Of a stretch of DNA of 49,775 bases, positions 30,832-40,577 are shown piece after piece (the stretch's first letter is position 1; every line of letters starts with the position of its first letter). The position numbers were made by a program, and so were the translations under genes. Location of the stretch: IMG/VR virus record IMGVR_UViG_2630968800_000001. The stretch is one strand, 5' to 3'. Under the pieces are notes generated by a model that searched no databases, had not been told where the DNA came from, and saw nothing but the letters and a program-made list of their open reading frames with translations. Source of the DNA: a virus (lineage: Duplodnaviria; Heunggongvirae; Uroviricota; Caudoviricetes).

Positions 30832-31860
30832 ATGGGATTGTTTACGACCCGCCAGTTACTCGGTTATACCGAACAAAAAGTTAAATTTCGTGCGCTGTTT
30901 CTGGAGCTGTTTTTCCGCCGTACGGTGAATTTCCATACCGAAGAGGTAATGCTGGACAAAATTACCGGAAAAACGCCGGTGGCGGCCTATGTCTCCCCGG
31001 TTGTTGAAGGAAAGGTGTTGCGTCACCGTGGCGGTGAAACTCGTGTACTGCGCCCGGGCTACGTTAAGCCGAAACACGAATTTAATTACCAGCAGGCGGT
31101 GGAGCGTCTTCCCGGTGAAGATCCGGCCCAGCTGAACGGCCCGGCTTACCGTCGCCTGCGTATCATCACCGATAACCTCAAACAGGAAGAGCACGCCATT
31201 GTCCAGGTGGAAGAGATGCAGGCGGTGAATGCCGTGCTGTATGGCAAATACACCATGGAAGGAGAGCAGTTTGAAACTGTTGAGGTCGATTTTGGCCGGT
31301 CGGTGGGAAATAACATTACGCAGGCAGGAGGGACGGAGTGGAGCGCTCAGGACCGCGATACCTTTGATCCGACGCATGATCTGGATGCGTACTGTGATTT
31401 TGCTTCCGGCACCATCAATATTGCCATTATGGATGGTAAGGTCTGGCGTCTGCTGAATGGCTTTAAGCTGTTCCGCGAAAAACTGGATACCCGTCGTGGC
31501 TCAAATTCACAGCTGGAAACGGCAGTGAAAGACCTGGGGGCGGTGGTGTCCTTCAAAGGGTATTATGGTGATCTGGCAATCGTGGTGGCAAAAACGTCCT
31601 ATGTGGCAGAGGACGGTACCGAAAAACGTTATCTGCCGGACGGCACACTGGTACTGGGAAATACGGCCGCAGAGGGTATTCGTTGCTACGGTGCCATTCA
31701 GGATGCGCAGGCATTGTCTGAAGGCGTGGTGGCGTCTTCCCGTTATCCGAAACACTGGCTGACCGTGGGTGATCCGGCGCGTGAATTCACCATGACGCAG
31801 TCCGCGCCGCTGATGGTGCTGCCGGATCCGGATGAGTTTGTGGTGGTGCAGGTGAAATAA
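30832..31860 (+). CDS. E: major capsid protein gpE
   Basis: 342 aa collinear with lambda E (...KLDTRRGSNSQLETAVKDLG...TGDPAREFTMTQSAPLMVLPDPDEFVVVQ). Confidence 0.9.
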   Translation: MGLFTTRQLLGYTEQKVKFRALFLELFFRRTVNFHTEEVMLDKITGKTPVAAYVSPVVEGKVLRHRGGETRVLRPGYVKPKHEFNYQQAVERLPGEDPAQLNGPAYRRLRIITDNLKQEEHAIVQVEEMQAVNAVLYGKYTMEGEQFETVEVDFGRSVGNNITQAGGTEWSAQDRDTFDPTHDLDAYCDFASGTINIAIMDGKVWRLLNGFKLFREKLDTRRGSNSQLETAVKDLGAVVSFKGYYGDLAIVVAKTSYVAEDGTEKRYLPDGTLVLGNTAAEGIRCYGAIQDAQALSEGVVASSRYPKHWLTVGDPAREFTMTQSAPLMVLPDPDEFVVVQVK

Positions 31861-31911
31861 TCCGTGAGCGGGAGCTAAATGCTCCCGTTTTTCATTCAAT
31901 CAGGAGCGGGT

Positions 31912-32298
31912 ATGGCTACGAAAGAAGAAAACCTGAAACGTCTTTGTGAGCTGGCTGAGAGGCTGGGGCGTGAACCGGATGTCTCCGGTAGTGCGGCAGA
32001 TATTGCGCAGCGAGTGGCGGAACTGGAGGAAGAGCTTGGAGATGCGGGGGAGGTCGCAGAGCCGGATACGTACTCACCATCGAAAGATGATCCGACCGCG
32101 CATAAAGGCGAGTCAGTTCCTGAACAGCCAGGCATTGTTACCGGAGACGAAACGGGGCAGGTTACGGTGGTGGCACTGGCGACACTGCATACAAAATGTA
32201 ATGGTTCAGTGATATTTGTTTCACCGGGAACGTCGTTTCGTGTTTCTGCTGAGGTGGCTGCCAGCATGGCGGCAGGTGGTCTGGCAAAAAGGCAGTAA
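31912..32298 (+). CDS. FI: DNA packaging protein gpFI
   Basis: MATKEENLKRLCELAERLGREP...TVVALATLHT... matches lambda FI. Confidence 0.8.
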   Translation: MATKEENLKRLCELAERLGREPDVSGSAADIAQRVAELEEELGDAGEVAEPDTYSPSKDDPTAHKGESVPEQPGIVTGDETGQVTVVALATLHTKCNGSVIFVSPGTSFRVSAEVAASMAAGGLAKRQ

Positions 32299-32309
32299 CA
32301 GGAGATGTC

Positions 32310-32687
32310 GTGGACGGTTTCGATAATCTGTTTGATGCTGCGCTTGCCGGTGTCAATGAAGTCATTCTCCGTGATATGGGGATCAGCGCCGTCATTACGT
32401 CCGGAGAACTTGAGGGGACACACCTGACAGGGGTTTTTGATGATCCCGAAAGTATTTCTTTTGTTGCCGGGGGGATCCGGCTTGAGGATTCCTCACCGTG
32501 CCTGTTTGTGAAAACGGCAGATATATCGCAGTTACGCCGTCAGGATACGTTAACTATCGGGGATGATTCTTTCTTTGTGGATCGTATTACTCCGGATGAC
32601 GGGGGATGCTGTTATATCCGGTTAAGGCGGGGCAGTCCTGCCCCACAGAATAATGCCAGAATGAGGCGATATGATGAAGGGACTTGA
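32310..32687 (+). CDS. FII: head-tail connector gpFII
   Basis: MDGFDNLFDAALAG...GVFDDPESISF...DTLTIGDDSFFVDRITPDDGG matches lambda FII. Confidence 0.8.
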   Translation: MDGFDNLFDAALAGVNEVILRDMGISAVITSGELEGTHLTGVFDDPESISFVAGGIRLEDSSPCLFVKTADISQLRRQDTLTIGDDSFFVDRITPDDGGCCYIRLRRGSPAPQNNARMRRYDEGT

Positions 32688-33258
32688 GAATGCCATCCGC
32701 AATCTGAACAGCCTCGATACCCGCATGGTGCCACAGACCAGCGCATGGGCGGTAAACCGTGTGGCGGCAAAGATTGTTTCTGTCGCCACACGGCAGGTTG
32801 CGCAGAATACCGTTGCCGGGGATAACCAGGTGAAAGGTATTCCCCTGAAAACGGTCAGGGAGCGTGTCAGGCTGCTTAAAGCCAGCCCCTCAGGAAAAAT
32901 GTATGCCCGCATGCGTGTTAACCGGGGTAACCTGCCCGCCATTAAGCTGGGTACCGCACAGGTCAGACTGGCCCGCTCCCGGCATGGCAGCAACTCACGT
33001 CATCGTGGCAGCGTACTGAAAGTGGGGAAATACCTTTTCCGGGATGCGTTTATTCAGCAACTGGCGAATGGTCGCTGGCATGTGATGCGGCGTATTGACG
33101 GCAAAAATCGTTACCCCATTGATGTGGTGAAAATCCCGATGTCCGGACCGCTGACACAGGCATTTGAAGATGCCCGCGACCGCATCATTGCTGCGGAAAT
33201 GCCGAAACAGCTGGGGTATGCCCTGAAACAACAACTGAGGTTACATCTGAGTAAATGA
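32671..33258 (+). CDS. Z: tail completion protein gpZ
   Basis: ...ANGRWHVMRRIDGKNRYPIDVVKIPMSGPLT...LGYALKQQLR matches lambda Z. Confidence 0.8.
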   Translation: MMKGLENAIRNLNSLDTRMVPQTSAWAVNRVAAKIVSVATRQVAQNTVAGDNQVKGIPLKTVRERVRLLKASPSGKMYARMRVNRGNLPAIKLGTAQVRLARSRHGSNSRHRGSVLKVGKYLFRDAFIQQLANGRWHVMRRIDGKNRYPIDVVKIPMSGPLTQAFEDARDRIIAAEMPKQLGYALKQQLRLHLSK

Positions 33259-33656
33259 ACCGACACACACAAATCCGTCAGAGCGTGCTGGCACGCCTTC
33301 GGGAACAGTGTGGAGACAGCGCCACGTTTTTTGACGGGCTTCCGGCATTTATTGATGCGCAGGAACTGCCCGCCGTGGCGGTGTGGCTGAGTGATGCGCA
33401 GTACACCGGAAAAATGACGGATGAGGACGACTGGCAGGCTGTTCTGCATATTGCCGTTTTCGTCCGTGCACAGGCGCCGGATTCTGAGCTGGATACGTGG
33501 ATGGAGAACACCATATTTCCGGCCATGAAGGATATTCCGGTGCTTTCCGGACTCATCGACACCATGATCCCACTCGGTTTTAACTATCAACGTGATAATG
33601 AGATGGCCACCTGGGCGATGGCGGAAATCACGTACCAGATCACGTACACGAATTAA
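33255..33656 (+). CDS. U: tail terminator gpU
   Basis: ...ATFFDGLPAFIDAQELPAVAVWL...PDSELDTWME... matches lambda U. Confidence 0.85.
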   Translation: MNRHTQIRQSVLARLREQCGDSATFFDGLPAFIDAQELPAVAVWLSDAQYTGKMTDEDDWQAVLHIAVFVRAQAPDSELDTWMENTIFPAMKDIPVLSGLIDTMIPLGFNYQRDNEMATWAMAEITYQITYTN

Positions 33657-33666
33657 GGAGGTGGTA

Positions 33667-34407
33667 ATGACCACACCAAATCCACTGGCAAAGACGAAAG
33701 GTGCGGGGACGACGTTCTGGATGTATACCGGCAACGGCGATGCGTTTGCGAACCCTTTGTCGGACACTGACTGGCTGCGTCTTGCGATGGTGAAGGATCT
33801 GCAACCTGGCGAAATGACCGCTGATGCAGAAGATGACACTTATCTCGATGATGAAGATGCAGACTGGAAAACGACAACCCAGGGGCAGAAATCCGTTGGT
33901 GATACTTCGGCGACGCTGGCCTGGCGTCCGGGTGACAGCGGGCAGAAAAAACTGGTTCAGTTGTTCGACTCCGGTGAAGTCTGCGCGTTTCGTATCAAAT
34001 ATCCCAACGGCACTGTTGATGTTTTCCGCGGCTGGCTGAGCTCACTGGGTAAAACCATTGCCTCAAAAGACGTGATGACCCGCACTGTGAAAATCAGCGG
34101 TGTGGGGCGTCCGTATCTGGCAGAGGAAGGCACTGAAACCGTGGGTGTTACCGGACTGACGGTGGCACCGGCATCTGTCAGTGTCAAAGCGGGAGCAACC
34201 ACCACACTGACCTTTACAGTAAAACCTGACGGGGCCAGTGACAAAGCGATCAGTGTGCATTCGTCAGATCCTCAGACTGCTTCGGTGACCCTGAGCGGGC
34301 TTGTGGCCACGGTGAAAGGCGTGAAGCAGGGCAGTGTCAGCATCGTGGGCATGACCTCTGACGGAGAGTTTGTGGCAGTGGCTGCGGTGACCGTCAGCGC
34401 ACCATAA
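33667..34407 (+). CDS. V: major tail protein gpV
   Basis: MTTPNPLAKTKGAGTTFWMY...ANPLSDTDW...YLDDEDADW...NGTVDVFRGW matches lambda V, with Ig-like C-terminal domain. Confidence 0.9.
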   Translation: MTTPNPLAKTKGAGTTFWMYTGNGDAFANPLSDTDWLRLAMVKDLQPGEMTADAEDDTYLDDEDADWKTTTQGQKSVGDTSATLAWRPGDSGQKKLVQLFDSGEVCAFRIKYPNGTVDVFRGWLSSLGKTIASKDVMTRTVKISGVGRPYLAEEGTETVGVTGLTVAPASVSVKAGATTTLTFTVKPDGASDKAISVHSSDPQTASVTLSGLVATVKGVKQGSVSIVGMTSDGEFVAVAAVTVSAP

Positions 34408-34465
34408 CAGGACGATACTCATCATTGCCCCGGTTATCCGGGGCTTTTTGCATCCGGAGAACATG

Positions 34466-34852
34466 ATGTTTCTGAAACAGGATACGTTTAATTATGAAAA
34501 ACAGTCCGTGGTGCTCAGTGAGCTGTCCGGGCTGCAGAGAATTGAATATCTGACGTTTGTTCAGCAGCGAACGGCAAAGTTTGATGCACAGGAGGGAGAA
34601 CTGCCGGAGGCTGAACGACAGATTGCTTTTCTGCGTATGGGAATGGATATCAATGCCTGGCTGGTTTCCCGCTCACTGTGGAATGCTGAGCAGTCTCAGG
34701 ATGTTGAGACGCTTTGCGCATCCATTATGACAACATGGTCGTATGATGCGCTGGGCGCGGGGGCGGAGAGGGTTCTGTCGCTGAGCGGTATGGGGACCAT
34801 TGAGAATGCCGGGGATGATGATCATGAGGCGCTGACGCCGGAAAAGTCCTGA
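34466..34852 (+). CDS. G: tail assembly chaperone gpG
   Basis: MFLKQDTFNYEKQSVVLSELSGLQRIEYL matches lambda G. Confidence 0.8.
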   Translation: MFLKQDTFNYEKQSVVLSELSGLQRIEYLTFVQQRTAKFDAQEGELPEAERQIAFLRMGMDINAWLVSRSLWNAEQSQDVETLCASIMTTWSYDALGAGAERVLSLSGMGTIENAGDDDHEALTPEKS

Positions 34853-35190
34853 CGCGGGAAATGCAGTTTGTCATGCGGCTTGCCCGGGAGTTCCGGCGGG
34901 CAGACTGGCGGCGGATGCTGTCGGATATGTCGGCCACTGAGCTTGGTGAGTGGGGCGATTATTTCCGGATGCAGAGCTTCAGTGATGTGTGGATGGATGC
35001 GCAGTTTGCCTCGCTGAAGGCATTGATCGTGAGAATGGTGTCCGGCAGCAGCGATGCTGCGGTGGCTGATTTCAGCCTTTTACCGGAAGAGAACGGGATA
35101 CCGGAGCGAACGGACGAAGAACTGATGCATCTTGGGGAAGGTATTTCCGGAGGTGTGCGTTATGGACCAGATAGCCAACCTGGTCATTGA
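34840..35190 (+). CDS. T: T extension of the G-T tail assembly chaperone (reached by -1 frameshift)
   Basis: -1 frame is open only from 34828; candidate slippery heptamer GGAAAAG at 34840-34846 just before the G stop; arrangement as in lambda G/GT. Confidence 0.6.
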   Translation, partial: GKVLTREMQFVMRLAREFRRADWRRMLSDMSATELGEWGDYFRMQSFSDVWMDAQFASLKALIVRMVSGSSDAAVADFSLLPEENGIPERTDEELMHLGEGISGGVRYGPDSQPGH

Positions 35191-38100
35191 TTTGGGGATT
35201 GATGCGGCAGAGTTTAAAAATGAAATTCCCCGTATCAAAAACCTTCTGAATGGTGCAGCCAGCGATGCAGAACGGTCTTCTGCCCGTATGCAGCGTTTTA
35301 TGGAGCGTCAGACTCAGGCGGCCCGGCAGACAATGCAGGCGGCTTCTTCGGCTGCAACAGCAGCATCAGCCCATGCGCAGACGGTGGAGAAGAATGCACG
35401 GGCTCATGAACGCATGGCCCGTGAGGTGGAACAAACCCGTCTGCGCGTGGATGCCCTGAATCAGAAAATGCGCGAGGAACAGGCGCAGGCCAGGGCACTG
35501 GCGGAGGCGCAGGATAAAGCGGCTGCCGCCTTTTATCGCCAGATTGACAGTGTGAAACAGGCCGGTGCGGGGCTTCAGGAATTACAGCGTATTCAGCAGC
35601 AGATCCGACAGGCCAGAAACAGTGGCGGGGTTGGTCAGCAGGATTATCTGGCGCTGATTTCGGAGATCACGGCGAAAACCCGTGCCCTGACGCAGGCAGA
35701 GGAACAGGCCACCCGGCAGAAAGCGGCGTTTATCCGCCAGCTTAAAGAGCAGGCAACCCGCCAGAATCTGTCGTCTTCTGAGTTGCTTCGCGCCAGGGCG
35801 GCTCAGCTGGGGGTAAGCAGTGCTGCAGAAGTGTATATCCGCAAAATGGAGCGGGCAGGAAAAGCCACACATTCGCTGGGGCTGAAAAGTGCGGCAGCCC
35901 GGCGGGAGCTGGGGGTGTTAATCAGTCAGATGGCGCGAGGCAATTTTGGTGCGCTGAGGGGATCCGGGATAACGCTGGCTAACCGTGCCGGATGGACAGG
36001 CGCACTGATGTCGCCGAAAGGCATGATGACTGGCGGCGTTATTGGCGGACTTGTCGCGGCGGTCCTGGGTCTGGGTAAAGCCTGGCATGACGGCCGGAAG
36101 GAGGGCGAGAAATTTAACCGTCAGCTGGCGCTGACGGGACATTATGCCGGTGTCACTGTCGGGCAGTTGTGGAAACTCAGCCGGGCCATATCCGGGAATG
36201 GTATCACGCAACATGCGGCAGCCGGTGCGCTGGCACAGGTGGTGGGCAGTGGGGCATTTCATGGAAACGATATTGGTATGGTGGCGAAAGCTGCCGCACA
36301 GATGGAGCGATCGGTTGGCCAGTCGGTCAGCGATACCATAAATCAGTTTAAGCGGCTGAAGGATGATCCTGTAAATGCCGCGAAGGCGCTGGACAATGCG
36401 CTGCATTTTTTGAATGCCACTCAGCTTGAGCAGATACGCGTCCTTGGGGAGCAGGGGCGGTCCAGTGATGCGGCCCGGATCGCCATGTCTGCGCTGGCAG
36501 AGGAAACCGGTAAACGCACATCTGATATTGATAATAATCTCAATGCGCTGGGTAGTACGCTGCAAACCTTGTCTGACTGGTGGAAGCAGTTCTGGGATGC
36601 GGCCATGAATATTGGTCGTGAAGACTCGCTGGATGCGCAGATTGATGCGTTACAGGAAAAAATTCAGCGCGCGAAAAAATATCCGTGGACAAACGCCTCC
36701 ACACAGGTGGAGTACGATCAGCAGCGTCTTAACGATCTTCAGGAGAAAAAACGCCGGAAGGATTTGCAGGATGCAAAAGCGCAGGCAGAACGGAATTACC
36801 AGGAGCAACAGAAACGCCGGAATGCTGAAAATGCCGCGCTGAACCGGATGAATGAAACGGAAGCTGCACGACATCAGCGGGAAATTGCGCGTATTAATGC
36901 CATGCAGTACGCCGACCAGGCTGTCAGGGATGCGGCGATACAGCGTGAAAATGAACGTTACGAAAAAGCCATTAAGAAAAATACACGGGCAACCCGTAAT
37001 GATGAGGCCACCCGGTTATTGCTGCAGTACAGTCAGCAGCAGGCACAGGTGGAAGGGCAGATTGCTGCTGCCAGACAGTCAGCAGGCATTGCCACTGAAA
37101 GGATGACTGAAGCGCATAAACAGCTTCTGGCCCTGCAGCAGCGCATCAGCGACCTGGACGGGAAAAAGCTGACGGCAGATGAAAAGAGTGTGCTGGCCCG
37201 TAAGAATGAGCTGATTCAGGCGCTGACGCTGCTGGATGTGAAACAGCAGGAGCTGCAGAAACAGACAGCGCTTAACGACCTGAGAAAAAAAACGGTTCAG
37301 CTGACCAGCCAGCTGGCAGACAAAGAACGTGCACTGCGTGAGCAGCACAATCTGGATATTGCCACTGCAGGTATGGGGGATAAGCAGCGGCAGCGCTACC
37401 AGGCACAGTTGCGCATCCGGCAGGAATACCGGCAACAGTTGCAACAGCTTGAGAATGACAGTCGCCAGAAAGGCACTTACGGGACGGAGGACTACCGGAG
37501 GGCTGAGGAGGTGCTGAAGGGGAGCCTGAAGCGACAACTGAATGAAAACAAACGCTACTGGCAGGAACTGGAAGTGGCGCAGGGCGACTGGAAAAACGGT
37601 GCCATGCGGGCGTTTCAGAATTTTACGGCGGATGCGGATAATGCGGCGGGAACGGCAGAACAGATGTTTACAGTGGCATTCAGCAGTGCCGGTAATGCAC
37701 TGGCGACATTCTGTACCACCGGTAAGCTGAATTTTAAATCCTTCACCTCTTCCCTGTTGTCAGATATGGCCAGAATTATGGCACAGATGGCCATGATGCA
37801 GGCGGTAAAGGGCGTCGGTTCTTTATTCGGCTTCACGACTAATGCTGATGGCGGTGTTTACCAGTCTGCTGATTTGAGTCGCTACAGTGGCACGGTGGTT
37901 AACCGTCCGACGTTTTTTGCTTTTGCAAAAGGCGCGGGTGTGATGGGGGAAGCGGGACCTGAAGCCATTCTGCCACTGCGTCGCGGTGCTGATGGTAAGC
38001 TGGGGGTTGTGGCGGATACTGGTGGTTCAGGCATGGTGATGTTTGCCCCGCAGTACAACATTGAGATCAATAACGACGGCACGAACGGGCAGATAGGTCC

Positions 38101-38203
38101 GGCTGCCCTGAAGGTGGTTTATGACCTCGGGAAAAAAGCGGCCGCGGACTTTATGCAACAGCAGGCCCGTGATGGTGGCCGGTTAAGTGGAGCATACCGG
38201 TAA
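35162..38203 (+). CDS. H: tail tape measure protein gpH
   Basis: 1013 aa; C-terminal ...INNDGTNGQIGPAALKVVYDLGKKAAADFMQQQARDGGRLSG matches lambda H; long Q/R/A-rich coiled-coil centre. Confidence 0.9.
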   Translation: MDQIANLVIDLGIDAAEFKNEIPRIKNLLNGAASDAERSSARMQRFMERQTQAARQTMQAASSAATAASAHAQTVEKNARAHERMAREVEQTRLRVDALNQKMREEQAQARALAEAQDKAAAAFYRQIDSVKQAGAGLQELQRIQQQIRQARNSGGVGQQDYLALISEITAKTRALTQAEEQATRQKAAFIRQLKEQATRQNLSSSELLRARAAQLGVSSAAEVYIRKMERAGKATHSLGLKSAAARRELGVLISQMARGNFGALRGSGITLANRAGWTGALMSPKGMMTGGVIGGLVAAVLGLGKAWHDGRKEGEKFNRQLALTGHYAGVTVGQLWKLSRAISGNGITQHAAAGALAQVVGSGAFHGNDIGMVAKAAAQMERSVGQSVSDTINQFKRLKDDPVNAAKALDNALHFLNATQLEQIRVLGEQGRSSDAARIAMSALAEETGKRTSDIDNNLNALGSTLQTLSDWWKQFWDAAMNIGREDSLDAQIDALQEKIQRAKKYPWTNASTQVEYDQQRLNDLQEKKRRKDLQDAKAQAERNYQEQQKRRNAENAALNRMNETEAARHQREIARINAMQYADQAVRDAAIQRENERYEKAIKKNTRATRNDEATRLLLQYSQQQAQVEGQIAAARQSAGIATERMTEAHKQLLALQQRISDLDGKKLTADEKSVLARKNELIQALTLLDVKQQELQKQTALNDLRKKTVQLTSQLADKERALREQHNLDIATAGMGDKQRQRYQAQLRIRQEYRQQLQQLENDSRQKGTYGTEDYRRAEEVLKGSLKRQLNENKRYWQELEVAQGDWKNGAMRAFQNFTADADNAAGTAEQMFTVAFSSAGNALATFCTTGKLNFKSFTSSLLSDMARIMAQMAMMQAVKGVGSLFGFTTNADGGVYQSADLSRYSGTVVNRPTFFAFAKGAGVMGEAGPEAILPLRRGADGKLGVVADTGGSGMVMFAPQYNIEINNDGTNGQIGPAALKVVYDLGKKAAADFMQQQARDGGRLSGAYR

Positions 38204-38532
38204 TGGAGACGTTTCACTGGAAAGTGCGCCCGGATATGAATGTGGTATCAGAGCCGAAAGTGGTGACAGTGAAGCTGGGCGATGGTTATGAACAGCGTCG
38301 TGCGGCGGGACTGAATAACCAGTTGTCGACTTACAGCGTGACGATACGTGTTCGTAAAGGTGAACACCCATCTTTAAAAGCCTTTCTGGAACGGCACGGT
38401 GGCGTCCGCGCATTTCAGTGGACGCCACCTTATGACTGGAAACTGATCAGGGTGGTTTGTCGTAAATGGTCGGCAAGCGTGGGGGCGTTATGGGTGACTG
38501 TAACGGCCGATTTTGAACAGGTGGTGAACTGA
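38203..38532 (+). CDS. M: minor tail protein gpM
   Basis: METFHWKVRPDMNVVSEPKVVTVKLGDGYEQR...FEQVVN matches lambda M. Confidence 0.9.
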   Translation: METFHWKVRPDMNVVSEPKVVTVKLGDGYEQRRAAGLNNQLSTYSVTIRVRKGEHPSLKAFLERHGGVRAFQWTPPYDWKLIRVVCRKWSASVGALWVTVTADFEQVVN

Positions 38533-39230
38533 TGCAGGATATCCGGCAGGAAACACTGAATGAATGCACCCGTGCGGAGCAGTCAGCCCGGGTGGAGCTC
38601 TGGGAAATCGATCTGACAGAGGTCGGTGGTGAGCGTTATTTTTTCTGTAATGAGCAGAACGAAAAAGGTGAGCCGGTCACCTGGCAGGGGCGGCAGTATC
38701 AGGCATACCCCATTCAGGGGTCGGGGTTTGAACTGAACGGCAGGGGCTGTGCTGCCCGTCCGACACTGACGGTCTCTAACCTGCACGGCATGGTCACCGG
38801 GATGGCGGAAGATCTGCAGAGTCTGGTCGGCGGAACGGTGGTCCGGCGTAAGGTTTACGCCCGTTTTCTGGATGCGGTGAACTTCGTCAACGGAAACAGC
38901 GACGCCGATCCGGAACAGGAGGTGATCAGCCGCTGGCGCATCGAGCAGTGCAGCGAACTGAGCGCGGTCAGTGCCTCTTTTGTGCTGGCCACACCAACGG
39001 AGACGGATGGCGCGGTTTTCCCGGGGCGTATCATGCTGGCGAATACCTGTATGTGGACTTACCGTTCTGATGAGTGTGGTTACACGGGCAGGGCAGTGGC
39101 TGACGAGTTCGACAAACCAACAACGGATATCCGGAAGGACAAATGCAGCAAGTGTATGCGCGGGTGTGAGTTGCGCAACAATACCGGTAATTTCGGCGGT
39201 TTCCTTTCCATCAATAAACTTTCTCAGTAA
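38532..39230 (+). CDS. L: minor tail protein gpL
   Basis: Near-identical to lambda L (MQDIRQETLNECTRAEQSA...GGFLSINKLSQ). Confidence 0.9.
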   Translation: MQDIRQETLNECTRAEQSARVELWEIDLTEVGGERYFFCNEQNEKGEPVTWQGRQYQAYPIQGSGFELNGRGCAARPTLTVSNLHGMVTGMAEDLQSLVGGTVVRRKVYARFLDAVNFVNGNSDADPEQEVISRWRIEQCSELSAVSASFVLATPTETDGAVFPGRIMLANTCMWTYRSDECGYTGRAVADEFDKPTTDIRKDKCSKCMRGCELRNNTGNFGGFLSINKLSQ

Positions 39231-39234
39231 ATCC

Positions 39235-39978
39235 ATGACACAGACAGAATCAGCGATTCTGGCGCACGCCCGGCGATGTGCGCCAGCGGAGTCGTGTGGC
39301 TTCGTGGTGAGAACGCCGGAGGGAGACAGGTATCTTCCCAGCGAGAATATCTCCGGTGAGCCGGAGGAACGGTTCCGGATGGCTCCGGAGGACTGGCTGC
39401 GGGCACAAATGCAGGGTGAGATTGTGGCACTGGTCCACAGTCATCCCGGTGGTCTGCCCTGGCTGAGTGAGGCTGACCGGCGGCTGCAGGTGCAGAGTGA
39501 TTTGCCGTGGTGGCTGGTCTGCCGGGGGACGATTCACAAGTTCCGCTGTGTGCCGCATCTCACCGGGCGGCGCTTTGAGCACGGGGTGACGGACTGTTAC
39601 ACGCTGTTCCGGGATGCTTATCATCTGGCGGGGATCGAGATGCCGGATTTTCATCGCGGGGATGACTGGTGGCGTCACGGTCAGAATCTCTATCTGGATA
39701 ATCTGGAGGCCACAGGGCTGTATCAGGTGCCGTTGTCATCAGCACAACCGGGCGATGTGCTGCTGTGCTGTTTTGGTTCATCGGTGCCGAATCATGCCGC
39801 CATTTACTGCGGCGATGGTGAGCTGCTGCACCATATTCCTGAACAACTGAGTAAACGAGAGAGGTATACCGACAAATGGCAGCGACGCACACACTCCCTC
39901 TGGCGTCACCGGGAATGGCACGCATCTGCCTTTACGGGGATTTGCAACGATTTGGCCGCCGCATCGACCTTCGTGTGA
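39235..39978 (+). CDS. K: tail tip assembly protein gpK
   Basis: MTQTESAILAHARRCAPAESCGFVV...HSHPGG... near-identical to lambda K. Confidence 0.9.
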   Translation: MTQTESAILAHARRCAPAESCGFVVRTPEGDRYLPSENISGEPEERFRMAPEDWLRAQMQGEIVALVHSHPGGLPWLSEADRRLQVQSDLPWWLVCRGTIHKFRCVPHLTGRRFEHGVTDCYTLFRDAYHLAGIEMPDFHRGDDWWRHGQNLYLDNLEATGLYQVPLSSAQPGDVLLCCFGSSVPNHAAIYCGDGELLHHIPEQLSKRERYTDKWQRRTHSLWRHREWHASAFTGICNDLAAASTFV

Positions 39979-40517
39979 AAACGGGGGCTGAAGCCATCCG
40001 CGCACTGGCCACACAGCTCCCGGCGTTTCGTCAGAAACTGAGTGACGGCTGGTATCAGGTGCGCATTGCCGGGCGTGATGCAGGTGAAACCGAATTGTCT
40101 GCCCGTCTTAATGAGCCGCTGGCAAATGGTGCAGTGATCCACATAGTACCGCGTCTGGTGGGAGCTAAAAGTGGCGGTGTGTTTCAGGCGGTGCTGGGGG
40201 CAGCTGTTATGGCGGTTGCTATATGGATGCCGGGGGTAGGAATTATGGCGAGTAATCTGCTGTTTTCTCTCGGTGCCAGTATGACGCTTGGCGGTGTTGC
40301 ACAGATGCTGGCACCGAAAGCCAGAACTCCCCGTACACAGACAACGGATAACGGCAAACAGAACACCTGTTTCTCCTCACTGGATAACATGGTTGCCCAG
40401 GGCAATGTTCTGCCTGTTCTGTACGGTGAAATGCGCGTGGGGTCGCGGGTGGTATCTCAGGAGATCAGCACGGCAGACGAAGGGGATGGTGGTCAGGTTG
40501 TGGTGATTGGTCGCTGA
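39876..40517 (+). CDS. I: tail tip assembly protein gpI
   Basis: MAATHTLPLASPGMARICLYGDLQRFGRRIDLRV... near-identical to lambda I; overlaps K as in lambda. Confidence 0.9.
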   Translation: MAATHTLPLASPGMARICLYGDLQRFGRRIDLRVKTGAEAIRALATQLPAFRQKLSDGWYQVRIAGRDAGETELSARLNEPLANGAVIHIVPRLVGAKSGGVFQAVLGAAVMAVAIWMPGVGIMASNLLFSLGASMTLGGVAQMLAPKARTPRTQTTDNGKQNTCFSSLDNMVAQGNVLPVLYGEMRVGSRVVSQEISTADEGDGGQVVVIGR

Positions 40518-40577
40518 TGCAAAATGTTTCATGTGAAACCGCCTGCGGGCGGTTTTGTCGTTTATGGAGCGTGAGGA

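Noticed and set aside
33111-33839. 242-aa minus-strand ORF spanning Z/U/V
   Set aside because: Antisense to three well-supported lambda tail genes; no independent start context.
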